A DNA stretch of 64,000 nt from Squalus acanthias (taxonomy: Eukaryota). The stretch is from NCBI GenBank assembly GCA_030390025.1, contig CM059435.1, positions 89,652,001 through 89,716,000 on the forward strand. Direction: 5' to 3'. A program made the position numbers and the translations under genes. Below are positions 1 to 13,395 of the stretch, piece after piece (the stretch's first letter is position 1; the number at the start of each line of letters is the position of its first letter). The notes beneath the pieces are model-generated. The model was not told the origin of the DNA, made no database searches, and saw nothing but the letters and a program-made list of their open reading frames with translations.

Positions 1-480
1 CCATTTCCATAACACATACACATAACCATGCCAATGGCCATCTGTGGTGTCTGATTAGAATGTAGCATTGCTTAACAACCTGGTGATGCATATTAATTGT
101 TTCTAGCACTTGGGTGATTGAGAAGAATATTTACATCAGTTGGTATTAATAGTATACATTTGACTAGATTCTTTCTGATATACTTCAGGCAGGGCCAGAA
201 GAATAGAAGCCAATTTTGCAGCACACAATTGCAGAAGCCATTTTGAGGGTGGCACCTCTCTTAAAAGTACCTGTTTTATAAGCTAAGTAATGTAGTACAA
301 AAAGAGAGAGCCCATAAATTATGGACAAAAATACTAATTTTTTTGTCTCAGTAACCATACTAAAAAGGACATTCAAAAAGCCCCTGTATCATCTTCTCTG
401 CATACTTAAAAATATAAAGAAATAGCATTAGTTAAATAAAAACTGTAAAAATTTGTTTTGTACGTATTACAAGGCACATT

Positions 481-632
481 GGGGTTGAAATTCATCTCGA
501 GTGGCCGTGCAAAATGGGCGGTATTGCATTGGCTGCCTGTTCAAATGGAATTCAATATCAGGCGGGCACATAATGAGCGGCCGATGTGATACCGCCTATT
601 TTGCTCTACCATCCAAGATGAATTTCTAGCCC
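481..632. mobile_element. Short palindromic Harbinger-type MITE
   Basis: Ends GGGGTTGAAATTCATCT / AGATGAATTTCTAGCCC; inner arms GCAAAATGGGCGGTAT / ATACCGCCTATTTTGC; ATT on both flanks. Confidence 0.6.
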
Positions 633-940
633 ATTGTCTTTTAATTTGTCAAAAGCAAGACTAGGCAGTGTTGTTTTTTTATTGACCATTGCCAAGATCT
701 TGAAATATAATATAAGCAAATCACTAACCAAACAAATTCCACTATTCACACTTTGTTTAGCCCAAATATGACATCCCATTCTGATCAACAGCTGGATGAA
801 CCGGTTATTAATTCTCCTTCTTCTAACTACTGCCAGTAGGAAAGTCCTGCTTGCGGCCCTTTAACACAACAACACCTTTCCTTCTGTTCTCAGTAGTACA
901 GGAACCAATGTACCGCGTGGATTTGATAATCTCAGTCGGT

Positions 941-3409
941 ACTATATGCATATAGATTGGGCTACTCAAACTGGAAGCAATACGGTGGAGGAGGATTTCC
1001 TGGAGTGTTTAAGGGATGGTTTCCTAAACCAATATGTTGAGGAACCAACTCGAGGGGAGGCCATCCTGGACTGGGTGTTGTGTAATGAGGAGGGACTAAT
1101 CAGCAATCTTGTGGTACGAGGCCCCCTGGGGAAGAGTGACCATAGTATGGTGGAGTTCTACATTAGGATGGAGAAGGAAACAGTTAAGTCAGAGACCATG
1201 GTCCAGAACTTAAATAAGGGCAACTTTGAGGGTATGAGGCGTGAATTGGCGAGGTTAAATTGGCAAGCGATATTTAAGGGGCTATCAGTGGAAGGGCAAT
1301 GGCAGACATTTAGAGATCGCATGGATGAACTACAACAATTGTACATCCCGGTCTGGCATAAAAATAAAAAAGGGAAGGTGGCTCAACCATGGCTAACAAG
1401 GGAAATCAGGGATAGTATTAAAACCAAGGAAGTTGCATACAAATTGGCCAGAAGTAGCAGCAAACCCGGGGACTGGGAGAACTTCAAAACTCAGCAGAGG
1501 AGGACGAAGGGTTTGATTAGGGCAGGGAAAATAAAATATGAAAGGAAGCTTGCAGAGAACATTAAAATGGACTGCAAAAGCTTCTATAAATATGTAAAAA
1601 GAAAGAGGTTAGTAAAAACAAACGTAGGTCCCCTGCAGTCGGAAACAGGGGAAGTCGTAATGGGGAACAAGGAAATGGCAGATCAATTGAACAAGTACTT
1701 TGGTTCGGTGTTTACTGTGGAGGACACACACAACCTGCCGGAAATAAAAGGGGTCAGAGGATCTGGGAAGAGGGAGGAGCTGAGGGAAATCCTTATTAGT
1801 CGGGAAAAGGTATTGGGGAAATTGATGGGACTGAAGGCTGAAAAATCCCCGGGGCCTGATGGTCTGCATCCCAGAGTACTTAAGGAGGTGGCCTTGGAAG
1901 TAGTGGATGCATTGACGATCATTTTCCAACATTCCTTAGACTCTGGATCAGTTCCGATGGAGTGGAGGGTGGCCAATGTAACCCCTCTTTTTAAAAAAGG
2001 AGGGAGGGAGAAAGCAGGGAATTATAGCCTGACATCGGTCGTGGGTAAAATGATGGAAGCAATTATTAAAGATGTCATAACAGACCATTTGGAAAGTGGC
2101 GACATGATAGGTCCAAGTCAGCAAGGATTTGTGAAAGGGAAATCATGCTTGACAAATCTTCTGGAATTTTTTGAGGATGTTTCCAATAGGGTGGACAGGG
2201 GGGAACCAGTAGATGTGGTGTATTTGGACTTTCAGAAGGCCTTCGACAAGGTCCCACACAAGAGATTGGTGAGCAAAGTTAAAGCACATGGGATTGGGGG
2301 TAATGTGTTGACGTGGATTGAGAACTGGTTGGCACACAGGAAACAAAGAGTAGGAGTAAATGGGTACTTTTCAGAATGGCAGGCAGTGACCAGCGGGGTA
2401 CCGCAGGGTTCGGTGCTGGGACCCCAGCTGTTTACATTATATATTAATGATTTGGACGAAGGGATTAAATGTAATATCTCCAAATTTGCGGATGACACTA
2501 AATTGGGAGGCAGTGTGAACAATGAGGAGGATGCTAGGAGGCTACAGAGTGACTTGGACAGGTTGGGTGAATGGGCAAATGTATGGCAGATGAAGTACAA
2601 TGTGGATAAATGTGAGGTTATCCACTTTGGTGGTAAAAATAGAGAGGCGGACTATTACCTGAATGGTGGCAGATTAGGGAAAGGGGACGTGCAACGAGAC
2701 CTGGGCGTCATGGTACATCAGTCACTGAAGGTGGGAATGCAAGTGCAGCAGGCAGTCAAGAAAGCAAACGGAATGATGGCCTTCATAGCAAGGGGATTTG
2801 AGTACAGGAGTAGGGAGGTGATGCTACAGTTGTACAGGGCCTTGGTGAGGCCACACCTGGAGTATTGTGCGCAGTTTTGGTCTCCTAACTTAAGGAAGGA
2901 CATTCTTGCTATTGAGGGAGTGCAGCGAAGGTTCACTAGATTGATTCCTGGGATGGCCGGACTGACATATCAAGAAAGATTGGGTCAACTGAACTTGTAT
3001 CCTCTGGAGTTCAGAAGAATGAGGGGGGATCTTATAGAGACATTTAAAATCCTGACTGGTTTAGACAAATTAGATGCGGGCAGAATGTTCCCAATGGTAG
3101 GGAAAACTAGAACCAGGGGTCACAGTCTAAGGATTAAGGGGAAGCCATTTAGGACTGAGCTGAGGAGGAACTTCTTCACCCAGAGAGTGGTGAATCTATG
3201 GAATTCTCTTCCACAGAAGGTTGTTGAGGCCAGTTCGCTAAATATATTCAAAAGGGAGTTAGATATAACACTCACAACTAAGGGGATCAAGGGGTATGGC
3301 GAGAAAGCAGGAATGGGGTATTGAGGTAGCATGTTCAGCCATGAACGCATTGAATGGCGGTGCAGGCTCGAAGGACCGAATGGTCTACTCCTGTACCTAT
3401 TTTCTATGT
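941..3409 (+). mobile_element. CR1-clade LINE, 5'-truncated, with an uninterrupted 792-aa ORF2 fragment (end of APE endonuclease plus RT)
   Basis: ORF 946..3324 contains [38 protein letters not shown] and FADD; CR1 3' UTR ends in TTCTATGT. Confidence 0.93.
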
Positions 3410-3739
3410 TACCCCAACTAGTCCCATTTCCAACCAGATATCTCCCTAGCGTCTTTTTGAAGGTCATCAACTACTTTTACCCTTTTAAAATAATAGCCGG
3501 CCCATCTGTCCAGCATCATTACAAACCAGAGCACTTCCGCCAATTCCATGTTTGTTTGAGATCACTTCTTTGATCTTTAAAAATTATTTTCTAGTCAGCT
3601 GGTTCTTCCAACCTGCTCCCCCACCTCCCTGCCACCCCACAACCTTGATTAATGATGTTATACATTGTGAAGTTTGGATTTCCCTATAATAAGGAGAGCC
3701 TGCACATATTGCCTATGCACAAGAGATGCCTGACATTCA

Positions 3740-3898
<159 letters not shown>

Positions 3899-4769
3899 CT
3901 AAGAAAAAAAAGCAAGGATCAGTGAAATTACAAAATGTAGTTAGCAGTATGCTTTAAATTAGCAATCTTTAAAAGAGAGACAGTGACAGGCCTACAGTTT
4001 CTAAGGTTTTTGTTGACTTCTGGATACTGTTGAATGGATAAGGAACAAATCTGAGTTTTCAAGAGTTGTCATTGTTTACAGAGAAAATATTTTTTGTTCA
4101 AAATGCTTCCCCATTTTATATTTTTATAAATAAATATATATATTCCTTTAAAAAACATCAGTTTCCTAAGCTGAAGTGAGGTATGTTAGGTTTGCATCTT
4201 TAATGATGTGAAAAGTAAGTCTGGAGGAGTACTTTTTATTCAAAGTTTATCCTGACTAAAGATACACTGTACATACAAAAGCTTTGTTTAACTTTTCTTA
4301 AAAATTTAATTTTTTCTGCTGCAGGGAGGTATGCAAGGTCAGGTCTTCGTTTCTGCTCAGGCACTCCATGACATCACAAACAGAAATGAGTTCTCATGTG
4401 CCCTGGATTGATTCCATTGCAAACAGTAGAGGCCATGGCATTGGACTAGCCCGAGAGCTGATCGAGAGTTTTATGACACCAAGAAAAGCATTCTGTCATC
4501 TACATACTCTTCATTACATGGCAAGATTTGTATTGCTGCTCCATTTACTTTACAACACTGCAGCAAATTGTGTGGCAATACAGCATAGTAAAAAGAGAGC
4601 ATTTTTGGTAATTATCAATTCAAAAATGTGTCCTGTGGATTTTGGTGCATTTTAAAAAAATATATAGAAAAATACTAACCCTAACGCGCAAAATGAGAGC
4701 ACGTTGAACTAATCTTACTCTCGTGTGAAAATATCATTGACAGTATAATATCAAATACAAAAAGCTCAC

Positions 4770-4910
4770 CACGCCCCACCATAAGGCATCAGCATAACTT
4801 CCAAAGCCAGTCTTCCCTCTCTCATCAACTGCATCTTTCTCAGCCAGATACACGAAATAGGAAGAAAAGATCAGACCCAGAAAACCAATGTATAGTGTTG
4901 TTATGAGTTC
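4770..4910 (-). CDS. KCNQ1: KCNQ1 coding exon (exon 6 equivalent; S5, turret, pore helix)
   Basis: ttttgcag|[47 protein letters not shown]|gtgag; 141 bp; lies inside ORF 4734..4997. Confidence 0.97.
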
Positions 4911-5948
4911 CTGCAAAACAAAACATTTCATCATCAATAAGGCATCACCTGATCTCAGGTAATAGGCTACTGTATACTTTTGCAGCTTGTAAACCACATC
5001 TTACAGGTGGATGAGACTTACACAGCTGCTGCACAAAGAACAAGATTCTGTATTTCTGTGCATTACTCCCTTGCAGGGAATATTTGCTGACAAATCGATC
5101 GGAGTGCCCATCATCGTTCAGCAGCAGTTCTACCTTCTGATTGCAATAACTCAGAAACGACGTGTCAGTCAAAGATTTACTAAAATCCTCCCAAACAAAG
5201 ACAAGCACTCGTTAATCTGGGTCCAAATAGAGAAATGAATAAATGGATGCCAGTACAAAAGATCTATGCTACCAACGGTCGTTTCACCTCTGACACTTAG
5301 TTAAAACTAGCTTTCCCACTCTGATGGATCTAAAATGTGGGGTCGATTGTAACCCTAGCCACCTGGCACAGACTTGAAATTTCTAATGATCACAATGACT
5401 TATAAAATATTTGGTTGATGATTCTAAAATTTTAAGAGTTGACTTTCAAATCGGAAAAGCCTCCTTCTCCCTGAAATTAGGCACAAACTGTTAGATCCAG
5501 CATGGTCATAAGTAATATATTTTTTTTTTTTTAAACGTTATTGTGACTGCAAAAGTCAACAAACTATCTCCAAATGGCAAAATACTGCGGATGCTGGAAA
5601 TCAGAAATATAAACAGAAAATGTTGGAAATACTCAGCAGGCCTGGCAGCATCTGTGGAAAGAGAAAGAGAGTTAACGGCCCCGATTTTAATTTTGCGACG
5701 TGCTTGGAGCGTGGGTGGTGGGGGGTGGTGAGCAGGTATGAGAAACCTGGAAGTAAGTGCAAGCATGTCTGCCAGTGGTTTTTTAACCCAGCCACCTCAT
5801 TATAATTTTACTTCCGGGTTTCCCATCCAATCAGCGGCAGCGGGTGTGATGTGGACCCGCCTGATGCAATCTCAACTCCAGTATTTAAAGGGACGCTCCA
5901 AACATGCAATTTGAAAAAGTCTGAAGTTGGGAACAATAGAGAAGAAAA

Positions 5949-7636
5949 TGTTAGAATTGAGTCCAGACGAGCAAAGGCTGTGCCTCGTTCCAGTGACTCC
6001 TCCCTGGATGTGCTGCTGGGGGCTGTGAGGAGTCAGAGAGAGATACTCTTCTCTACCAACGGGAGGAAGAAGCCTGCAGCGGAGACCACGAAGCAGTGGT
6101 TGGAGGTAGCTTAAGAAGTCAGCAGCAGGAGCGTGGTGACATGCTCCTGGATTCAGTGCAGAAAGCGCTTTAATGACCTAACCAGGTCATGAAAGGTGAG
6201 TACAGAGGCACATTAACCTACATCCTGCTGTGCGCAACACCCCACCCCCTCACTCTGCCTTGTCAAGCCTACTCTAGCACATCAGTCCTCACACCCACTT
6301 ACCTTGTAGGTCCACCCCTCCTCCTCTTTCTATGCACTTCCTCACATCCCCATCTATCCATCTACCACTCTCACTCACCCGCATTCCTTATGCAATGTCA
6401 TGCCTCTCCCTCATAGTCACCCTCACCAAATGCACTCCATCCATCGGCTGAACACATGCCATTACATTCACTCATACATCTCTTCTTTCCCTCCTTGCAG
6501 TAGAACAGATCACAGAGCACCAGGTAGAGGGAGAGAACCGGAAGGGGCCCTCCAAACATCTAGCAGCTGACAAGCGCAGAGGAGGCGGCACTGGAGATCA
6601 GTGGAATTTCGGCGTCCCTGGCCGCTGGAGACGGGACGACCTGGTCATCAGCTACCTGGTGACAATTAAATCAAAGCCACCCACATGTCATACCGCATTC
6701 AGTCAAGTTGACTTGATTTCAACAGCGAGTGAAATATGATCAGCTTCATAATGATAACTTGCAACATATTCTTACCTTGCCAGGACTAATTCATCTTTTA
6801 TCTCCCACAGGGCCTTCACGTGTGCAGCAACAGTCGGTGGAGATCGCGGACGACGATTCCTCAGAGGAGCTGAGTTCTTCTGAGGGTGCACCGTCACAGG
6901 GCTCATGCAGACCATGCACCAGCTCAGATAGTCACATTTCAGAGGCACCAGTAAGGCAGATAATTGGGTTTTCACCTGGTGACTCACATTTCACAAGTGA
7001 GCAAGAGCAGATGGTGGAGACAGGGAAAGCAGCGGAGAGGCCATATCAGAGGGACCAGCCCTCTCCAAGCTCTGCTCAGCTGGATACAGGATGTACCTCC
7101 AGGGCCATCGATGAAGAGGGGGATCATTAAGCAGCAGCAGACAATGTGCAGTGCACTGACAGGCCTTCAAAGTGGAATCACCACGACAGCAGAGAGATTG
7201 GAGGAATCCACCTCATGCATGGGGGGGGGGTAATGCCACCTGTCACTGAGATGATGTGTTCTTCCATGGATAAAGTGGCCAGCGCCATGAACCGTCATAC
7301 GCACCAATCAAATGAGTCCATGCACGCCGTGCAGACTCTAGATGCCAACATGTCTGTCACCTTAAATACATTGACAGGTACCTTAGCCTCGGCCTTACAG
7401 GGCCGCACTGATCTGCACCAACGTGTTCTCCAACACAGAAGTAGCAGTGAAGTGCGGCTGGGCCATGAGAGGGATTATGGTGAAAGGGGTCATGGAAGTG
7501 GGGACTCCATTCAAATCGCTTCGACTTCTCACCTACAGCCCACCTCTCAATCAGTAGCCCACATGCTGCCTCATCTCCGGATGGCCGAGTCTGCCCCTGC
7601 ACAGGTGCAGGTGGAGCAGTCTTTGGCGAGGCTCTC
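5949..7636 (+). pseudogene. Harbinger Myb/SANT-like DNA-binding protein gene remnant (3 exons)
   Basis: AVPRSSDSSLDVLLGAV...QWLEVA*EVSSRSVVTCSWIQCRKRFNDL; donor gtgagt at 6196; acceptors near 6500 and 6810; contains stops and frameshifts. Confidence 0.75.
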
Positions 7637-8115
7637 ACAGACTCATTCTGACAGGCATCATCGGCGGAAAAGTTGTCATAATTGCAGCCTTGGCAAACAA
7701 GCCATCAGTCACCTGTCTTATGCATTTCTGCGTGGCCGACTGGGAGATCCTGCATATGCATGCAGCAGAGCCCTGGAAGGATCCGGAGGCAAAAAAGTTG
7801 AGGGTGGTGGTGACTTTGACAGCCAGAGGTAACACGTGGCCACCAGGTCGTCTTCTAGCCACCACCTGACACGACAACCTGAGCCTCCTGAGACACAGGT
7901 GTTCAGACATGTCAAGGAAACTGATCCTCTGCCAGTAGACCCTGATTTGTGGGTGGTGCCTCCTGCGAGCTGCACCTCTCTGCTGATCCCCTCTCTGATG
8001 GTCCTCTCTCAGTTGTGCAGCTACAGGTCTGTGAGCAGCAGGCTGCTGCGGGTGCTGTTGCTGGTCACCTTGGCCCTCATGAGGTCCAATCTAAGGCAGC
8101 ATAAGCAGCACCCAT
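7637..8115 (-). pseudogene. Harbinger (HARBI1-like) transposase N-terminal remnant
   Basis: ORF 7635..7910 reads [20 protein letters not shown]...[17 protein letters not shown]; the DDE region is deleted. Confidence 0.8.
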
Positions 8116-8906
8116 CCTGATATGATAGACCAGACCTCTGAAGTGTAAAAAGTAACCTCTAAATTGTACAACGTAACATCTCAGCAAAAGTACGATGAAC
8201 AAACCCTTTCCCACTAGCAGGTAAGAAAGCAGCTCGGAGTATTTATTGGCATCTTTGCCAGAGATTGCTTCAGCCCCCTCAATTGCCACTGTGTACTCAC
8301 CCTTAGTTTCACTGGCGAGTGTCAGGAAGCCTGGGAAACCCATGGACCCGATGTTAAAGTGAAAACAGTGGCCATGATTTCCCCTACCTTGGCAGGTCCA
8401 GTGCGTCCAGGGTCGGTGGCGGGTTCAGACCTCGCTGCTGTCTCCAGCCCGCTGTCCAAAGTGATTTTACATTGATTGGACTTGTTAAGCCCGCCCAGCG
8501 TGTTTGCCGGCCAATTGAAGGAAGTGGGTCTGATGACGCGTCATCAGCCAGTTTCCTTAAAGAGACTAAGAGGGTTCACTACCCGGTCAAAAAAACATTT
8601 TCCCACCCGACCCATCACCAAACTCGCCCGCTGACCCCCCAAAAAATTCCCCTCAGTGTGTCAATATCGCTCTAATTGAGCGATTGGCATATGGAAACTG
8701 TCAATACGCATCTCCCAAGGAGGTTGCACGCAGGCAGCCTAACACATTGAAGACAAATGCTGGCTTCCCGATGTGCTGTCAATTTCGCCGGTTTTAACCC
8801 CCCACCTGCACCCAAACCCAAACTCACGTGTTCTTCCACATTAAAATTCAGCCCAACGTTTCAGGCAGGTGACCTTTTGTCAGCCCTGGAAAATGTTACA
8901 GATGTA

Positions 8907-11067
8907 GAATCATAGGGGGGGAAATTTGGTTGGTTAGCGCCTCCGGGGGGCGCCAACAACTTAGCGCTCAAGCGCAGCGATTTTAGCGCTGCTCGTGAAA
9001 TTGACCTGTCATTTTGCGCTGGCACTAAACACTACTGCCATGATCTCCTGCGCCCACAGATTGTGATGTCATGCAAGTGTGCAACGCCCCGGTAGCACCC
9101 CGGACCGGAAATTGAGTTGCGCCCCCGCCTTAGCGCCTGCCGCTAGGAACAACAGGTAGAGGAGAATGTTTTCAAGTCAGGAAGGGGCTGGGGGAGTGCT
9201 ATTTAAAGGCGTGCGCTTCCTGCTTTTTCTTGTCGGCAAAATTTTTGTTACACGCAGGTTGAGAGGGAGAGAGACATCTAGAGATTTAACGCTGTCCTAA
9301 GGAGTTTTGGTCCTTAGCACCACTTTTGAGGTTCCTAAGCGCCGAGCTCTTTCCCTGGGCCTATCCATTAGTGCTTCCAACACAATTGCTTTAGAGGTCT
9401 CTCCAGGCCGAGATTCAAGGCTGCAATGAGCAGGGTGTGGCTGGCCAGCAAGATGGCCCCTCCCCTTTAAGAACTGGACAGCGCCAGTCTGTCTGGCTTC
9501 CATGGTAACGGACATCGCCTGAGCTTCGATAGCGTTCTGAGGTAGCGCCTCGCTCCCCAACATTAGTGCCTTAAGAGAGGTGTGTAGCGCTTGATTTAGC
9601 GCTCAAATCACCTCCAGGGGCGATAGAGGCGAATTCTGCAGTCGGAGGCGATAATTAGCGCTGGGCGATACCCAATTTTTCCCCCATAGAATAGTACTGC
9701 ACAGAGGGAGGCCATTTGGCCCATCGAATCTGCACCGGCTCTTTCGAAGAGCAATCCAGTTAGTTCCACTCCCCCGCACTTTCCCCATATCCCTGCAATT
9801 TTTTCCTCCTCCAAGTATTTATCCAATTCCCTTTTGAAGGCTACTATTGAATCAGTATCCACCATCCTATCAGGCAGTGCATTCCAAATCCTAACCACTC
9901 ATTGCGTAAAAATGTTTTCCCTCATGTCGCCTCTGGTTCTTTTGCCAATCACCTGAAATTTGTGCCCTCTGGTTATCGACCCTTCAGCCATTGGAAACAG
10001 TTTCTCTTTATTTACTCTATCTAAACCCTTTATGATTTCAAACAGCTCTATCAAATCTCCTCTTAGCTTTCTCTGCTCTAAGGAGAACAACCCCAGCTTC
10101 TCTAGTCTATCCACGTAACTGTATTCCCTCATCCATGGAATCATTCTAGTAAATTTTTTCTGTACCCTTTCCAAAGCCTTCACGTCCTTCCTAAAGTGTG
10201 GTGCCCAGAATTGGACACAATACTCCAGCTGGGGCCGAACTAGTGTTTTATATAGGTTTAGCATAACTTCCTGGCTTTTGTACTCTATGCCTCTAATAAT
10301 AAAGCCTAGGATCCCATATGCTTTATTAACTACTTTGTTAACCTGTCCTGCCACCTTAAAGAATTGTGCACAAGCTCCCCCAGGTCTCTCTGTTCTTGCA
10401 CCAGCTTTAAAATTGTACCATTTAGTGTGTACCGTCTCTCCTCATTCTTCCTACCAAAATATATCACCTCACACTTTTCTACATTGAATTTCATCTGCCA
10501 CGTGTCGTCCATTCCACCAGCCTGTCTATGTCTTCTTGAAGTCTATCACCATCTTCCTCACTGTTTACAACACTTCCAAGTTTCATGTCATCTGCAAATT
10601 TCGAAATTGTGCCCTGTTCCCCCCAAGTCCAAGTCATTAATGTATATCAAAAACAGCAGTGGTCCTAGTACTGAACCTTGAGGACCTATACGTCCCTCCA
10701 GTCCGAAAAATAGCCATTCACGACAACTCTCTATTTTCTATCCCTTAGCCAATTTTGTATCCATGCTTCTACTACCCCTTTTATCCCACGGGCTTCAATT
10801 TTGCTAACAAATCTAGTATGTGGTACTTTATCAAATGCCTTTTGAAAGTCCATACAGGCAACATCAATTGCACTGCCCTCATCTACCATCTCTGTTACCT
10901 CATCAAAAAACTCATCAAGTTAATCAAACACGATTTGCCCTTAACAACTCTGTGCTGGTTCGCTTTTATTAATCCATGCTTGTCCAAGTGGCTGTTAATT
11001 TTCTCCTGGATTATTGTTTCTAAAAGCTTCCCCACTACAGACGTTAAACTGACTGGCCTGTAATTGA
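8907..11067 (-). mobile_element. CR1 LINE fragment inserted in the PLE and itself interrupted by a MITE
   Basis: ORFs 9899..10354 (LVRPQLEYCVQFW), 10330..10512 and 9608..9898; TAGAATCATAGAA tail is split at 8914/9686. Confidence 0.88.
8915..9685. mobile_element. GC-rich Harbinger-type MITE (GCGC-motif family)
   Basis: TIRs GGGGGGGAAATTTGGT / ACCCAATTTTTCCCCC; TSD ATA; internal homology, in inverse orientation, to 20024-20916. Confidence 0.8.
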
Positions 11068-13029
11068 GTAACAGGTTTTAAGCAAGCACAGAGGCAGGGA
11101 AAGGGGGCAAGGGCGGGGAGGGAAAGGGGGCAAGGGCGGGGGAGGAAAGAACAAAAGGGAAGGTCTGTGATAGGGTGGAAGGCAGGAGTAATTAAATGAA
11201 CAGCAGAATCATTACCAGCACTTGCTCGCCAAACAAATGGGAACAGAGGTCATGATCTGAAATTGTTGAACTCTATGTTGAGTCCGGAAGGTTGTAAAGT
11301 GACGATTCAAAAGAGGAGGTGCTGTTCCTCGAGCTTCCGTTGAGCTTCATTGGAACATTGGAGGAGTCCGAGGACAGAGAGGTCAGAGTGGGAGTGGGAT
11401 GGAGAATTAAAATGGCAAGTAACCAGAAGCTCAGGGTCACGCTTGCAGACTGAATGGAGGTGTTCAGCAAAGCGATCACCCAATCTGCTTTTGGTCTCCC
11501 CAATGTAGAGTAGACCGCATAGTGAGCAGCAAATATAGTATATTAAATCAAAGAAGTACAAGTAAATCGGTGTTTCACCTGGAAGGAGTGTTTGGGGGCC
11601 TGGATGGTGGGAAGGGAGGAGGTAAAAGGGCAGGTGTTGCATCTCCTGCACTTGCATGGGAAGGTGTGATGGAAATGGGATGCAGGTGTTGGATGTGATG
11701 GAAGAGTGGACCAGAGTGTCTCAGAGGGAACGGTCCCACGGAATGCTGAATGGGGAAGATGTCTTTGGTGGTGTCATCGCGCTGGAGGTGGCAGAAATGG
11801 CGGAAGATAATCCATTGAATATGGAGGTTGGTGGAATGGAAGGTGAGGACAAGGGGAACCCTATCTTGGTTCTGGGAGGGAGAGGAAAGGGTAAGGGAAG
11901 AAGTGCAGGAAATGGGACGGACACGGTTGAGGGCCCTGTCAACCACGGTGGAGGGGAATCCTTGGTTGAGGAAAAAGAAAGATATATCGGAAGCACTGAT
12001 GTGGAAGGTGGCATCATCAGAACAGATGCGTCGGAGACAGAGAAACTGGGAGAATGGAATAGAGTCCTTACAGGAAGTGGGGTGGGAGGAAGTGTAATCA
12101 AGGTAGCTGTGGGTGTCAGTGGGCTTATTGGTTGACAGCCGATCCCCAGAAATGGAGATAGAGAAGTCGAGGAAGGGAATAGAAGAGTCAGAGATGGACC
12201 GTGTGAAGGCCAGAGACGGGTGGAAATTTGAAGCAAAGTTGACGCAATTTTCCAGTTCAGGGCGAGAGCAGGAAGCGGCACCAATACAGTCATCAATGTA
12301 CTGGAAAAAGAGGAGGGAAAGAGGGGACCCAAGTAGGACTGGAACAAAGAATATTCCACGTATCCCACAAATAGCCAGGACCCATACATGGAGGAAATGA
12401 GAGGTATCAACGGAGAAGTTGTTCAATGCAAGAACAAGTTCAGCCAGGCAGACGAGGGTGGTGGTGGTGGATGGGACTGGTTGGCCCACTGTTCAAGGAA
12501 GAAGCAGAGGGCCCGCTAACCGTCCTGGTGGTCCAAATGTAACACATTGCTTCCTACTATCAAAACCTCATCTTTTTAATTCAGGCTTTAAGTAATAAAG
12601 CCCAAGTCTCTGGCCACTCTAACTCTTTAGTTTTACGAATGCAGTAGTGTTTAAATTATTCAAACTAATCAGAACTGAATTTGTATGTAGCTTTCTAAAT
12701 TAGTACCATCTGAAACAAAAGTTAAAATTGTTACTACTTTGCTGTTAATTATGTCAGAATCCTTTTAAAGAAAGAAACACACAGGACAGTTTGGAAATGT
12801 AGTATATGCAAGATACATATCAAAATTATTCTGTAGTTCTTATTGAATATTAAAATATAAAACTTGAAATATGATTGAGCTTGCAATACATACTGACGTA
12901 AATAAATGTTACTATTAGGATCAAATATTGCAAAAAAATCTTCAAAGTGTGCTGCCCACATACTAAAAATATTCCTGTACAACTCCTGTTTAAACATGAT
13001 ATTTTGGACAATCCCATCTGGTTCTAGAA

Positions 13030-13395
13030 CTTACATAGGAACAGGAGTAGGCCATTCAGCCCCTTGAGTCTGTTCTGCCATTCAATGACATCATGGCTGA
13101 TCTGTATCCTAACTCCGTCCACCTGCCTTAACTCCATATCCCTTAATACCCTTGGCTCGTGTTTCCTAACTTCTCTCCTGGATGGCCTGGCTCTGATTTT
13201 AAGATTACATCCCCTTATCCTAGACTCTGCCCATCAGTGGAAAATGTTTCTCTCTATCTACCCTATCAATTCCTTTCAATATCCTAAAAGCCTCCATCAA
13301 ATTACCCCTTAACCTTTTATATTCCAGAGAATACAATCCTAGTTTATGTAAACTCTCCTCATAATTTAACCCTTGGAGCCCTGGTAACATTCCTA
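13030..13395 (-). mobile_element. Degraded CR1 3' fragment
   Basis: CATAGGAACAGGAGTAGGCCATTCAGCCC is the reverse complement of the CR1 3' UTR; decayed ORF2 C-terminus follows. Confidence 0.75.

Larger units (their letters stand above)
5677..8854. mobile_element. PIF/Harbinger DNA transposon 1, internally deleted
   Basis: Imperfect terminal inverted repeats (TIRs) GGCCCCGATTTTAAT / ATTAAAATTCAGCCC; 3-bp TSD AAC; convergent Myb/SANT and transposase remnants. Confidence 0.88.
5577..12531 (-). mobile_element. Penelope-like element, family A (RT plus GIY-YIG), interrupted by nested insertions
   Basis: ORF 11575..12489 has YIDDCIG and 11307..11657 has YYICCSLCGLLYIGETKSRLGDRFAEH. Terminal pieces at 5577-5676, 8855-8906 and from 11068. 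TSD TCCAAATG at 5569-5576 and 12532-12539. Confidence 0.88.

Noticed and set aside
4368-4655. 95-aa + strand ORF in intron 6, and other short ORFs in AT-rich regions
   Set aside because: No recognisable domain; lengths are compatible with chance.
11095-11146. Two-copy purine-rich tandem repeat with G-quadruplex-like runs
   Set aside because: Local slippage inside the PLE UTR; no further support for function.
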